This document shows positions 56,016 through 64,000 of a DNA stretch of 64,000 nucleotides, one piece after another. A program made the position numbers and the translations under genes. Each line of letters opens with the position of its first letter. The stretch's first letter is position 1. Location of the stretch: positions 60,504-124,503 of the IMG/VR virus record IMGVR_UViG_2716884766_000001. One strand, 5' to 3'. A model generated the notes under the pieces. It made no database searches. It saw only the letters and a program-made list of their open reading frames with translations, and was not told where the DNA came from. Origin of the DNA: a virus.

Positions 56016-56485
56016 TTTTTAATATCTATAAAGATTAGTTCTAGGTCACCATCGGATACATTGTATGCCTCATGTGTTACGTCTTGGACATCCCACACTC
56101 CATACTCACCTGACCTCCATGGTTTCTTCTCTCCATCCCACACCATGTAACAGCATTTGTCACAGGGTACGACGAGAGGTATGTGTATCCTTCTATATCT
56201 ATCAGGGTAGACAGGAGGATCACGATGCTTAGGTAGTTTAGTTCCTGCGTAGAACATAGCACCTGTAGCAAATAGTACTTCATCCTTAGATAGAATGTCA
56301 ATGACCTTCTTATCATCTATTAATGATGTACGTACACCAGAGAATGCTTTACCTGTACCCTTCAACCAACACATACCTATGGGTTGGTTCGAGTATCCCT
56401 CAGCAGTAGGAGCATTTTTATAGGGTAGTTCAGTTGTCATACCCCACTCGTATATGATGTCTAACTCTTTAGTTGTCAGCATCAA
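56012..56485 (-). CDS. Asp/Asn beta-hydroxylase-like 2OG-Fe(II) oxygenase
   Basis: LPKHRD, RIHIPL, W..GE, HEAYN, IFID. Confidence 0.75.
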   Translation of the reverse strand: MMLTTKELDIIYEWGMTTELPYKNAPTAEGYSNQPIGMCWLKGTGKAFSGVRTSLIDDKKVIDILSKDEVLFATGAMFYAGTKLPKHRDPPVYPDRYRRIHIPLVVPCDKCCYMVWDGEKKPWRSGEYGVWDVQDVTHEAYNVSDGDLELIFIDIKK

Positions 56486-56924
56486 AATAATCCTTACGCA
56501 TATACCTACCTAGTATATTATTATTATAGTATTTTGGCAAGCCATCTACTGACTCGGTGAGCACGTTGTTGAGGAAGAGCTGTCGGGTCTCTTCATAGTT
56601 GACTCTTCCGAGGGTCTTGTGGACTGAGAGGATTTCTCTTCTGAAATTCTCTCTGCCCAGATCTTTAATGTCTCGTTTAAGCTCCTCAGAGCTTCCAAAG
56701 TATCGCTTCCAGTCTGATTCAGAAGTGACTCTACGCTTTCCTCCTTTGGGTTTTCTTTTTTGCCAGAAATATTTTCTTCCGATATATTGTTTGCCCGTGC
56801 TGAGATTTGTAATGCGGTAGACGAAACCGAAGAGATCATTAATATCGTCAGAAGTGAAAGCTGAACCTTTGTAGTACCAGGGATTTTCATAATCAATCGG
56901 GGTATCCATCGTCATCATCTTCAC
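56469..56924 (-). CDS. GIY-YIG nuclease family protein (start uncertain)
   Basis: GFVYRITNLSTGKQYIGRK...Y.GSS...E...YYN. Confidence 0.8.
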   Translation of the reverse strand: MKMMTMDTPIDYENPWYYKGSAFTSDDINDLFGFVYRITNLSTGKQYIGRKYFWQKRKPKGGKRRVTSESDWKRYFGSSEELKRDIKDLGRENFRREILSVHKTLGRVNYEETRQLFLNNVLTESVDGLPKYYNNNILGRYMRKDYFDADN

Positions 56925-57042
56925 CTACATAATAACCATCTTCATCTCGATACTTATCGACATCAGAATATACCTCTACCTTTAGTTCTGCTAGTACTTC
57001 TTCAAGTTGTTCAAGCAGTTGCTTGAGTCTGTTTCGCTGCAT
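56893..57042 (-). CDS. acidic protein, 49 aa (MQRNRLKQLLEQLEEVLAELKVEVYSDVDKY...DDDDGYPD)
   Basis: Manually translated. Confidence 0.65.
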   Translation of the reverse strand: MQRNRLKQLLEQLEEVLAELKVEVYSDVDKYRDEDGYYVGEDDDDGYPD

Positions 57043-57076
57043 AAAAAAATCCCCGACTACTATATGTAGCGGGGAA
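57043..57076 (-). terminator. terminator of the riboswitch operon
   Basis: TCCCCG.CTAC-loop-GTAG.CGGGGA followed by a U-tract. Confidence 0.7.
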
Positions 57077-57081
57077 TACTT

Positions 57082-57174
57082 TTAAGCATTCTTCTCTTTG
57101 TAGAGAAGCATAGTCTCAGCATAGATTAGTGATAGGAAAACTACTGAAGCAGCAGAGATCCATAGTACTTCCAT
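57082..57174 (-). CDS. 30-aa membrane peptide (MEVLWISAASVVFLSLIYAETMLLYKEKNA)
   Basis: TAATG coupling to the DUF4278 peptide. Confidence 0.6.
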   Translation of the reverse strand: MEVLWISAASVVFLSLIYAETMLLYKEKNA

Positions 57175-57281
57175 TACTTAGCGTGAGCAATGCCACGATA
57201 GGTAAGTTCGACCTCTTTTTGCTGCTGAGCTTTCTTGTTGTTGGTGTCGTACTTAACACCACGATAAGTGACTTGTGCCAT
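57174..57281 (-). CDS. DUF4278-type peptide, 35 aa (MAQVTYRGVKYDTNNKKAQQQKEVELTYRGIAHAK)
   Basis: Two YRG motifs; CAGGAG RBS; follows the riboswitch. Confidence 0.85.
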   Translation of the reverse strand: MAQVTYRGVKYDTNNKKAQQQKEVELTYRGIAHAK

Positions 57282-57316
57282 GAGATTTTCTCCTGAAATA
57301 GTAGGGGTTTTTAATC

Positions 57317-57363
57317 CCGTTCCTTCAGTCGGCTTTTGCGTCCCCCTGCCAGAGGGATGAACG
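57317..57363 (-). ncRNA. glutamine riboswitch aptamer (Downstream-peptide type), proximal copy
   Basis: CGUUCA-UCCCUC-loop-GGGGGA-CGCAAAAGCCGACUGAAGGAACGG upstream of a YRG peptide. Confidence 0.8.
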
Positions 57364-57365
57364 AT

Positions 57366-57594
57366 CCGTTCCGAGTCGGCTTACTTGCGTCCTATGATGT
57401 AAGCATCACATTCACCTTCAACTTTCGTACGAAGGTAATCAATAAGGTACTCGTGTGCGTCAGAGTTGAGACTCTTATCACTAAGGATCTCTATTCTGTT
57501 GCGGTTCCAGTCTGCACACGACATATCCCAGTGGAATGAGTTGTGTTCAGATAGAAGTGTTGCGAGTAGTGCTACTTCAATCATTGGATGAACG
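57366..57594 (-). ncRNA. glutamine riboswitch aptamer, distal copy, split by an ORF in P2
   Basis: 5' half CGUUCAUCC at 57594-57586; 3' half GGACGCAAGUAAGCCGACUCGGAACGG at 57392-57366. Confidence 0.7.
57381..57584 (-). CDS. 67-aa hypothetical protein nested inside the riboswitch aptamer
   Basis: MIEVALLATLLSEHNSFHWDMSCADW...CDAYIIGRK. Confidence 0.7.
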   Translation of the reverse strand: MIEVALLATLLSEHNSFHWDMSCADWNRNRIEILSDKSLNSDAHEYLIDYLRTKVEGECDAYIIGRK

Positions 57595-57642
57595 TAAAGG
57601 TATGTTAGCATACCTACACATATTTAGCAACTTTATGTTACC

Positions 57643-58236
57643 TTAACCTTGTACGGATAACCACTCCACCCATCCAGTACATATATACTTCTCATGTTTT
57701 TTTGATATCTCTCCTACATGCTTGTGCGTGAAAGTCGCAGGGAATACTACAGTCTTACCCTTCTCTGCGTGGATAGTGAACCCATCATTGTTCACCATAA
57801 TAGTACCACCATCAGGCACGTCGTTGAGATAAGTTATGTAAACTAACACCCGACTCATCACTGCTGACTCAGCATCTATATGTGGGAAGTAATATCCCTC
57901 ACCAGGTTGATAGTATTGTATCTGTGGTAAGACTTTGATCCCTATAGGTGGTGGTAGCTTGAAGTGCTCCCAGTAATCTGAGTAGCAGTCAGTTACGAAG
58001 TCCATGTAGTCACGTAGACCCCAGACATCATCACCCATCTCTCCGTTCCAGATGTCCTCGAATGGCATCTCTGTACTCTTCTTCTTATCAGGTTGTGGTT
58101 TACCCTGTGGGCAATCTATACTACCTACCCTACCTTCCTTAGTAAAACCTTGACGATCTGCTTCTTTATAAAACTCTATTAATTTATCACATTGTTCTGG
58201 GTCACCCCAGTACTCTCTAATATATTGATCATTCAT
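57643..58236 (-). CDS. 2OG-Fe(II) oxygenase (prolyl-hydroxylase-like)
   Basis: HID, YLNDV.DGGT, FPATFTHKH.G, KYICTGW. Confidence 0.85.
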   Translation of the reverse strand: MNDQYIREYWGDPEQCDKLIEFYKEADRQGFTKEGRVGSIDCPQGKPQPDKKKSTEMPFEDIWNGEMGDDVWGLRDYMDFVTDCYSDYWEHFKLPPPIGIKVLPQIQYYQPGEGYYFPHIDAESAVMSRVLVYITYLNDVPDGGTIMVNNDGFTIHAEKGKTVVFPATFTHKHVGEISKKHEKYICTGWVEWLSVQG

Positions 58237-58462
58237 ATCGTTTGAAGAACTCTTTCAATGTGGTCTGATGACCTGACTCTCTACTAGGTGGTTCCTTGAT
58301 CCCCTTCATCCTCTTGTAATCGTTGTGCATCGCTTGGAGTAACCATGCCTGTGCTAATTGTTGGGGTCCCTCTTTCAACAACTGGATTTGAAATTTCGAT
58401 AGACCAGCCTTCATCTCCAAATACTCCTGTCTCCACAACGTGTGGGGTTGTTGGTTCGTCAT
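58229..58462 (-). CDS. cyanophage hypothetical protein
   Basis: WR.EY..MK..LSK.QI.LL.EGP..L.QAW.L.AM..DY motif. Confidence 0.7.
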   Translation of the reverse strand: MTNQQPHTLWRQEYLEMKAGLSKFQIQLLKEGPQQLAQAWLLQAMHNDYKRMKGIKEPPSRESGHQTTLKEFFKRYE

Positions 58463-58685
58463 GTTCTTCCCAATGTTTCTTGAGTGCCTCTGCCTGACGG
58501 TCTATGTCACGCATGTTATTATATATTTTAACATCAATCCAAAAATTTTTCAACCACTCGATAGCACCGAGCAATAAAAAAGAGATGGGAAACTTTTGTT
58601 TCTTAGCCCATCTCTTTGCCTTCATGTACCAAGGAATAGTACCTGATCCTATTAGTAATGTTTTTTCAAACTTTATCTTAGGCAT
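58284..58685 (-). CDS. hypothetical protein
   Basis: TGATG coupling to nrdB; C-terminus overlaps the next gene by 179 nt. Confidence 0.65.
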   Translation of the reverse strand: MPKIKFEKTLLIGSGTIPWYMKAKRWAKKQKFPISFLLLGAIEWLKNFWIDVKIYNNMRDIDRQAEALKKHWEEHDEPTTPHVVETGVFGDEGWSIEISNPVVERGTPTISTGMVTPSDAQRLQEDEGDQGTT

Positions 58686-59833
58686 CAGAGTTTAAATCCT
58701 GCGAAACTATTCTTCTTAACATCTTGTTTGATACCTCCTACTACATAAGACTCTATTTCTGTCTCTTGTGGAGCGTTCTGCTGCCCTTTGGAGTTAAGCC
58801 AGTGCTCTGTCCATGGCAGTGGGTTGTTGCGGATAGGAATATCATAGAGTGGATCTAATCCTAATGCTCTGAGTCTCCTGTTAGCAATGAACTCCACGTA
58901 TTTGTGTAGTAGTTTAGCATTGAGTCCGATCATACTACCATTAGAAAACAGATAGTCTGCCCAATCCTTCTCTTCATCTACACAGTTACGGAACATGTCT
59001 AGGACATTTTCCCTTTCCTCATTTGCGATATCAACCATTGTGGGGTCGTCTCCTTCTTGCCATTTCTTGAGGATTTGTTGAGTAAGTGTAAGATGCTGGC
59101 TTTCATCTCTGGAGATGAGAGAGATAATTTTAGCTGATCCTTCCATAAGTTTGAGTTCACCAAACGCAAACGAGCAAGCGAAGGATACATAGAACCTAAT
59201 GCCCTCAAGAATGTTAACGTTGACGATGGCACGGTAGAGTAGTCTCTTGAGTTCTTTGAGTTCATAGGAGGAGGTGTAGGTTTCTTTGTGACCATCTTTG
59301 TATAGGTTACTGGTACCCCAGTTCTGAGCAGCATTGATCAGATTATTATATGCTTTCGTTACCGATTCAGCACGTGCTATTATCTTATCATCGTCTAAGA
59401 TTTTGTCAAAGACATCACTAGGATCTGAGTACACGTTCTTAATAATATATGTATAAGATCTACTGTGTATCATCTCCATAAACTCCCACACCAACATGGC
59501 AGACTCTAGTTCTGGTAGGGAAACATAAGGAATGAATGCCATGCCTGGTCCTCTACCTTGAACTGAGTCCAGTAGTATCTGGTACTTAAGGTTGGAAGTA
59601 AATATATGCTTTTGCTGATCAGATAGTGTCTGATAGTCAGACCTATCCTTTTGTAAGGAGACCTCCTCTGGTCTCCAGAAATATCCTAACTGTTGCTGTG
59701 TTAGTTTATCAAATACAGGGTACTTGTACTTGTCGTATCGTTGTACTCCTAATGGTTTACCAAAGAACATGTGTTGTTTATTGGTATCAACGTCCTCAGT
59801 ATTGAAGACAGTCATTCCATCGGGGATTGCCAT
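58685..59833 (-). CDS. nrdB: ribonucleotide reductase class Ia beta subunit
   Basis: FWRPEEV, LDSVQGR, E.IHSRSY, LEGIRFYVSF, RDE..H, APQETE. Confidence 0.97.
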   Translation of the reverse strand: MAIPDGMTVFNTEDVDTNKQHMFFGKPLGVQRYDKYKYPVFDKLTQQQLGYFWRPEEVSLQKDRSDYQTLSDQQKHIFTSNLKYQILLDSVQGRGPGMAFIPYVSLPELESAMLVWEFMEMIHSRSYTYIIKNVYSDPSDVFDKILDDDKIIARAESVTKAYNNLINAAQNWGTSNLYKDGHKETYTSSYELKELKRLLYRAIVNVNILEGIRFYVSFACSFAFGELKLMEGSAKIISLISRDESQHLTLTQQILKKWQEGDDPTMVDIANEERENVLDMFRNCVDEEKDWADYLFSNGSMIGLNAKLLHKYVEFIANRRLRALGLDPLYDIPIRNNPLPWTEHWLNSKGQQNAPQETEIESYVVGGIKQDVKKNSFAGFKL

Positions 59834-59840
59834 TTCGTTA

Positions 59841-62147
59841 TTAGATTGAACATGATTCGCACTCTTCTTCATTCGACTCCATAATATCTGTTAGTAAACT
59901 ATTGAGATCAGTGTGTGCTACTTCCGCAATAGGTTCCTCTGCATCTTTCTTAGCATCATACGTGTTCTGATAGTATGATGTCTTCCACCCATACTTGTAG
60001 GTGGTCAACCAGTCTTGTGCCATGACAGAGGTTGGCACTTCATTATCTGGATAGTTCTCAGGATTATAACTCCAGTTGCCTGATATACCTTGGTCAAAGA
60101 ACTTTTGCATGACAGCAATAACTTTGATGTACCCTTCATTACTTGGCATATCCCACAACAATGTGTAGTTACTTTTTAGATATGGAAAACCTGGAACAAC
60201 TTGCTTAAGAGGTCCTTTCTTTGACTTCTTAATGGACACGTAATCTCTTGGTGGTTCGACTCCGTTGGTTGCGTTAGACACAATGGAACTACTTTCTGAT
60301 GGCATCTGTGCGGACAATGTTGAGTGCCTAAGACCGTGGGTCTTGATGTCATTGCGTAAAGTATCCCAATCATAGTTCAATACGTTTGGTACGATGTCGT
60401 CTACGTCCTGCTTGTACGTGTCAATAGGAAGTAGCCCGTCTGAATATTTAGTATGATCAAAGTATTCACATGCCCCCTTCTCTTGTGCTATCTGATTGGA
60501 TGCTTTGAGTAGGTAGTATTGGAATGCTTCAGACAAATCATGTACTAATTTCCATGCTTCTGGGTCATCATACTTAACTTTATTCTTAGCAATATAATGT
60601 GCTAACCCTATGTACCCTACCCCCAGTGATCTACGTGCCAGTGTGCTGCGTCTGGCAGCAGCTACAGGGTACTGTTGATAGTCTATCAGTTCTTCTAGTC
60701 CTCTGACAGATAGGTCACATAGATCTTCTAGTTGATCTAGTTGTGTGATCTTACCTACGTTGATAGCAGACAGTATACACAATGCTATCTCTCCTCCTGC
60801 GTCATCAATGTGATCAATAGGGTCAGTAGGTAGAGTGATCTCCTGACATAGGTTAGACATACTTACCTTGTCTTTGAATGAACTGTGACTATTACAGTGG
60901 TCTATGTTCATCAGATAGATACGACCTGTCTCTGATCTCTCCTTGAGTAGATCAAGGATCAGTTCTTGTGCGTCAATAGTCTTCCTAGGTATGCTTGTGT
61001 CATTCTCATACCTTACATAGAGTTCATCAAAGTATTCTGTACCGAAGGCATCGTATAAACCTGGTACATCATGAGGAGAGAACAGTGAGATCTCTCCTGC
61101 CTCAATGAATCTCTGATAGAATAGTTCACTGAGTTGAATACTGTAGTCAAGCTTCCTTACTCTGTTGTCTTGCGTCCCTTTGTTGTTCTTGAGAACAATG
61201 ATGTCTTCAATTTCTTGATGCCAGATCGGAAAGTGTACAGTGGCTGACCCTCCTCTGATACCGTTTTGCGTACAGCATCTAACAGTTGCCTCGAACTTTT
61301 TAAGGAAGGGGATAACACCTGTGTGTTGTACTTCTCCACCCCTGATTTTACTGTTGATGCCACGGATTCTGCCCGCGTTAATCCCAATACCAGCCCTCTG
61401 TGAGACATATTTGCCAATAGCCATATCACTGCTAAAGATACTATCGAGGGTGTCATCAATATCAACCAGAACACAAGATGCAAATTGACGAATGGGTGTC
61501 CTGACCCCTCCCATGATGGGGGTGGGGATGTTGATTTTGTGTGTGCTGATTGCGTTGTAGTAGCGTCTGACATAATCGAGTCTTGTTTCTATTGGATAGT
61601 TTGCGAAGAGTGTAGCAGCGATCATAATATACATCTGCTGCGGTGATTCATAGTGTTCACCAGTGCTTCTGTCTTGGACTAAATACTTATCAACAACCTG
61701 TCGCAGTCCTGCGTAGGTAAATAAGTAATCTCTTTCATGCTCGACGAAACTGTTAATCCTGTCCCACTCCTCTTCACTATAGCGGTTCACGATAGTTCCA
61801 TCGTATACTCCTTTGTCAATACACCCCTTGACGTGCTCCAAAAGCGGGGGAAGTATCTCTGGGTGTCCATGTACTGCTTTCCGAAGTCCGAATAGCAATA
61901 ACCTAGCAGCAACGTATTGATAGTTAGGATGTTCTTCACTGATAAGATCACTTGCTGATCTAATTAAGATCTCTTGAATATCATTAGATGTAATACCATC
62001 ACAGAACTGTAGTCCTGATTGTATTTCTACCTGTGATGCTGATACTCCTGCGAGTCCTTCTACTGCGAACTCTACCATCTTATGTACCTTTTCAAGATTG
62101 AGTTCCTCTTGGGTTCCATCTCTCTTGAGTACGTTTATGCTGCTCAT
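59841..62147 (-). CDS. nrdA: ribonucleotide reductase class Ia alpha subunit (no intein or intron)
   Basis: ATP cone, PTPIM, SCVL, SNLCQEI, K.SYY, C-terminal CESC. Confidence 0.98.
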   Translation of the reverse strand: MSSINVLKRDGTQEELNLEKVHKMVEFAVEGLAGVSASQVEIQSGLQFCDGITSNDIQEILIRSASDLISEEHPNYQYVAARLLLFGLRKAVHGHPEILPPLLEHVKGCIDKGVYDGTIVNRYSEEEWDRINSFVEHERDYLFTYAGLRQVVDKYLVQDRSTGEHYESPQQMYIMIAATLFANYPIETRLDYVRRYYNAISTHKINIPTPIMGGVRTPIRQFASCVLVDIDDTLDSIFSSDMAIGKYVSQRAGIGINAGRIRGINSKIRGGEVQHTGVIPFLKKFEATVRCCTQNGIRGGSATVHFPIWHQEIEDIIVLKNNKGTQDNRVRKLDYSIQLSELFYQRFIEAGEISLFSPHDVPGLYDAFGTEYFDELYVRYENDTSIPRKTIDAQELILDLLKERSETGRIYLMNIDHCNSHSSFKDKVSMSNLCQEITLPTDPIDHIDDAGGEIALCILSAINVGKITQLDQLEDLCDLSVRGLEELIDYQQYPVAAARRSTLARRSLGVGYIGLAHYIAKNKVKYDDPEAWKLVHDLSEAFQYYLLKASNQIAQEKGACEYFDHTKYSDGLLPIDTYKQDVDDIVPNVLNYDWDTLRNDIKTHGLRHSTLSAQMPSESSSIVSNATNGVEPPRDYVSIKKSKKGPLKQVVPGFPYLKSNYTLLWDMPSNEGYIKVIAVMQKFFDQGISGNWSYNPENYPDNEVPTSVMAQDWLTTYKYGWKTSYYQNTYDAKKDAEEPIAEVAHTDLNSLLTDIMESNEEECESCSI

Positions 62148-63133
62148 ATTTTTTTCCAGTTGTTTAATTTTAATTTTGCTTGTAGTCCTTGATAGATGTT
62201 TGATTCTATCACACTTTGTGGATCAATGCCACTGTTGAACATGTCATTTATATCTTTGTCATCAATACCTGACGGCCAGATGACTACCTTATCTCCTCTG
62301 TCAATGGTGGACTCGATTCGGTTGACGATTTCTCTGTTACGAGGTTCGTTATCATAAACCCAAATATAATCGCTCCAACCAAACGACCTAGGATCAAGGT
62401 CAGACCCAGCCATCGCAACCGAGTTGTCCAAGAAGAGCGAGTCGAAGGGTCCTTCGACAATAAAGATAGGTTTGCTTTCATTGATTTTGTCTAGTCCGTA
62501 TATTTTGGGAGCATCTTTCTCCAACATGACTGTAATGTATCTCATCTGTGTAGGGTTATGGAATGCCCTGCCTTGAAATCCCATGAGGTTTCCGTCCTTA
62601 TCATTCAAGGGAATGATAATACGTTCCTCGTCATGCTTAGTAGATTTGAATGTTTGCTTGTGTGTATTTGTCCACACCTTGAAGTTAGGACAATAATATA
62701 ACTCATCTAATTTGTCAAGAGGAAGACCTCTTCCCATGACGTATGCTAAAGCCAAGTGAGAATTATTTAGAGAAGAAAGTGGTTCAAGATGTATGCGTCT
62801 TTTGAATGTTGGTTTATCAAAATTAAACTTAGGTTTTGACACACTTCTGTGCTTACCTGTCAACCCTGCCTTGTACTTTTCCATCACATACATGTCGTAC
62901 TGAGTAGGGAACTGTTCCTTCAAGAAGTTACCGAAGCTCCTACCAACACCACAGTTGTGACATTTATATACTAGATCATTTTTGACAGTAAAAAAATAAC
63001 CTCTCGCTTTGTTCTTATACTTCTGTGAGTCACCACAGTAAGGACAGCGGAAGTTATAGGTTCCTTTATTCTTCTTTTTAAATTGGTCTAGCGAACCAGA
63101 TATATTAAATACGAACTGATTGTCTATCGACAT
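62144..63133 (-). CDS. gp61: DNA primase gp61
   Basis: RCPYCGDS...CHNC zinc finger, FQGR, VEGPFDS, DNEPRN, KDINDM. Confidence 0.95.
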   Translation of the reverse strand: MSIDNQFVFNISGSLDQFKKKNKGTYNFRCPYCGDSQKYKNKARGYFFTVKNDLVYKCHNCGVGRSFGNFLKEQFPTQYDMYVMEKYKAGLTGKHRSVSKPKFNFDKPTFKRRIHLEPLSSLNNSHLALAYVMGRGLPLDKLDELYYCPNFKVWTNTHKQTFKSTKHDEERIIIPLNDKDGNLMGFQGRAFHNPTQMRYITVMLEKDAPKIYGLDKINESKPIFIVEGPFDSLFLDNSVAMAGSDLDPRSFGWSDYIWVYDNEPRNREIVNRIESTIDRGDKVVIWPSGIDDKDINDMFNSGIDPQSVIESNIYQGLQAKLKLNNWKKI

Positions 63134-63518
63134 CTACTAAGGATACACTGTGTACCATGTTAGCAGTGTTTGATTGATCTGTCAACGGTCTGATAAACCT
63201 CTGCCCCACTGGACTTACGAGGAATGATATGATAGTGAGACCCCCTGCGATACTCCACATCTTCTTCTCCATCATCCTGAGTCTGTCATCTACCTTACGT
63301 ATATCTCTCTCGCATCCTTTCTTTATTGCTATTGTTTCTCTATTGAAATCCTTATTAAGAGTCTCTAACTTCTCAAACAACACACCATCAATACGATCCT
63401 GCTTCTCTAACTTCTCGTTATGTACAGCAAGAAGCTGACCCATCTTCTGAGAGTTCTCAGACAGTGAGTCAACAACTCTTTCGAGTCTTTCTATTATGGC
63501 AGTGTTAATGTTTTCCAT
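63105..63518 (-). CDS. coiled-coil membrane-anchored hypothetical protein
   Basis: ORF track; LAVH.EK motif; TM segment. Confidence 0.7.
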   Translation of the reverse strand: MENINTAIIERLERVVDSLSENSQKMGQLLAVHNEKLEKQDRIDGVLFEKLETLNKDFNRETIAIKKGCERDIRKVDDRLRMMEKKMWSIAGGLTIISFLVSPVGQRFIRPLTDQSNTANMVHSVSLVDVDRQSVRI

Positions 63519-63537
63519 AATAGTTATTTATTACTAT

Positions 63538-64000
63538 TTAAAAATAGAACCTCCAAATGCCATCGCACTTGATCCCATGACCCTGTAAGGTGATGCGATT
63601 GTCGTCTGGCATACACTTATATCTAGCGGGAGCTATCTGATGTACGATATGACCTGTGAAATATACTAGGTTCTTCTCTATATACTCCTCGAACAGTGGT
63701 TCGTGATCCATCCTCTTAAGTTCTGCTGTACCAGAGTTGAAACATATCTCACCCTTGAGTCCAGACTTACTATACTTATAGCTTCCATTGTCATAGAGGA
63801 ACTTGTTCTTCAGCTGACTGTTCTTGTCATCGTTGTGTTGGAAGTTAAAGTTATCTATGAAGTCCTGATCCATGTCCACCCAGTCCCAGATGTACAGTCC
63901 ACCACCATACTTAGGCATCTCTAGTGCCAGAGTAAAGTTCAGTGTATTCTCTAGGTCATACTCCTTGAACGTCTTCCAGTAGTAGTTGTGCTCCTTGTAC
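63538..64000 (-). CDS. 2OG-Fe(II) oxygenase-like protein, N-terminus outside the window
   Basis: FTLALEMP..GGGL...HQIAP...RITLQGHG; frame open to the window edge. Confidence 0.6.
   Translation of the reverse strand, partial: YKEHNYYWKTFKEYDLENTLNFTLALEMPKYGGGLYIWDWVDMDQDFIDNFNFQHNDDKNSQLKNKFLYDNGSYKYSKSGLKGEICFNSGTAELKRMDHEPLFEEYIEKNLVYFTGHIVHQIAPARYKCMPDDNRITLQGHGIKCDGIWRFYF

Noticed and set aside
42926-62147. Introns, inteins or adjacent homing endonucleases in psbA, nrdA and nrdB
   Set aside because: All three are uninterrupted and of normal length; the GIY-YIG ORF is free-standing with no obvious extra DNA-binding domain

Overview
64 kb of a T4-like marine cyanophage (myovirus), most likely infecting Prochlorococcus; most genes are on the minus strand. 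1-7.4 kb: early/accessory region with small ORFs, a 2OG-Fe(II) oxygenase, an SF2 helicase, an HEXXH peptidase, two amino-DNA methyltransferases and a PD-(D/E)XK nuclease. 7.4-17.5 kb: tail-fibre module with a gp38-like glycine-rich adhesin. 17.5-21 kb: CpcT/CpeT-like lyase, oxygenases and an acyl carrier protein. 21-34 kb: baseplate/tail genes (gp5 in two ORFs, hub, tape-measure-like proteins, M23 peptidase, gp51, gp26, gp54-like, gp4, gp2, gp48, gp53). 34-43 kb: talC, gp32, pebS, gp59, gp33, exonuclease, phoH, thyX, glutaredoxin, cp12. 43-58 kb: psbA (no psbD in the window), four hli genes, petE, ho1, a porin-like gene and many micro-ORFs. 58-64 kb: nrdB, nrdA, gp61 primase. Main observations: (1) a tandem glutamine (Downstream-peptide type) riboswitch whose first aptamer has a complete 67-codon ORF looped out of P2, with the AUG base-paired in the stem; (2) a probable programmed -1 frameshift joining gp26 to a gp51 frame lacking an AUG ahead of its conserved core; (3) apparent absence of CCGG and GCGC, in a genome carrying a restriction-modification-like module; (4) a repeated inverted-box/28-nt/TATAAT promoter and a duplicated 70-bp A-tract element. 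All calls come from motif recognition by eye; no database search was run.
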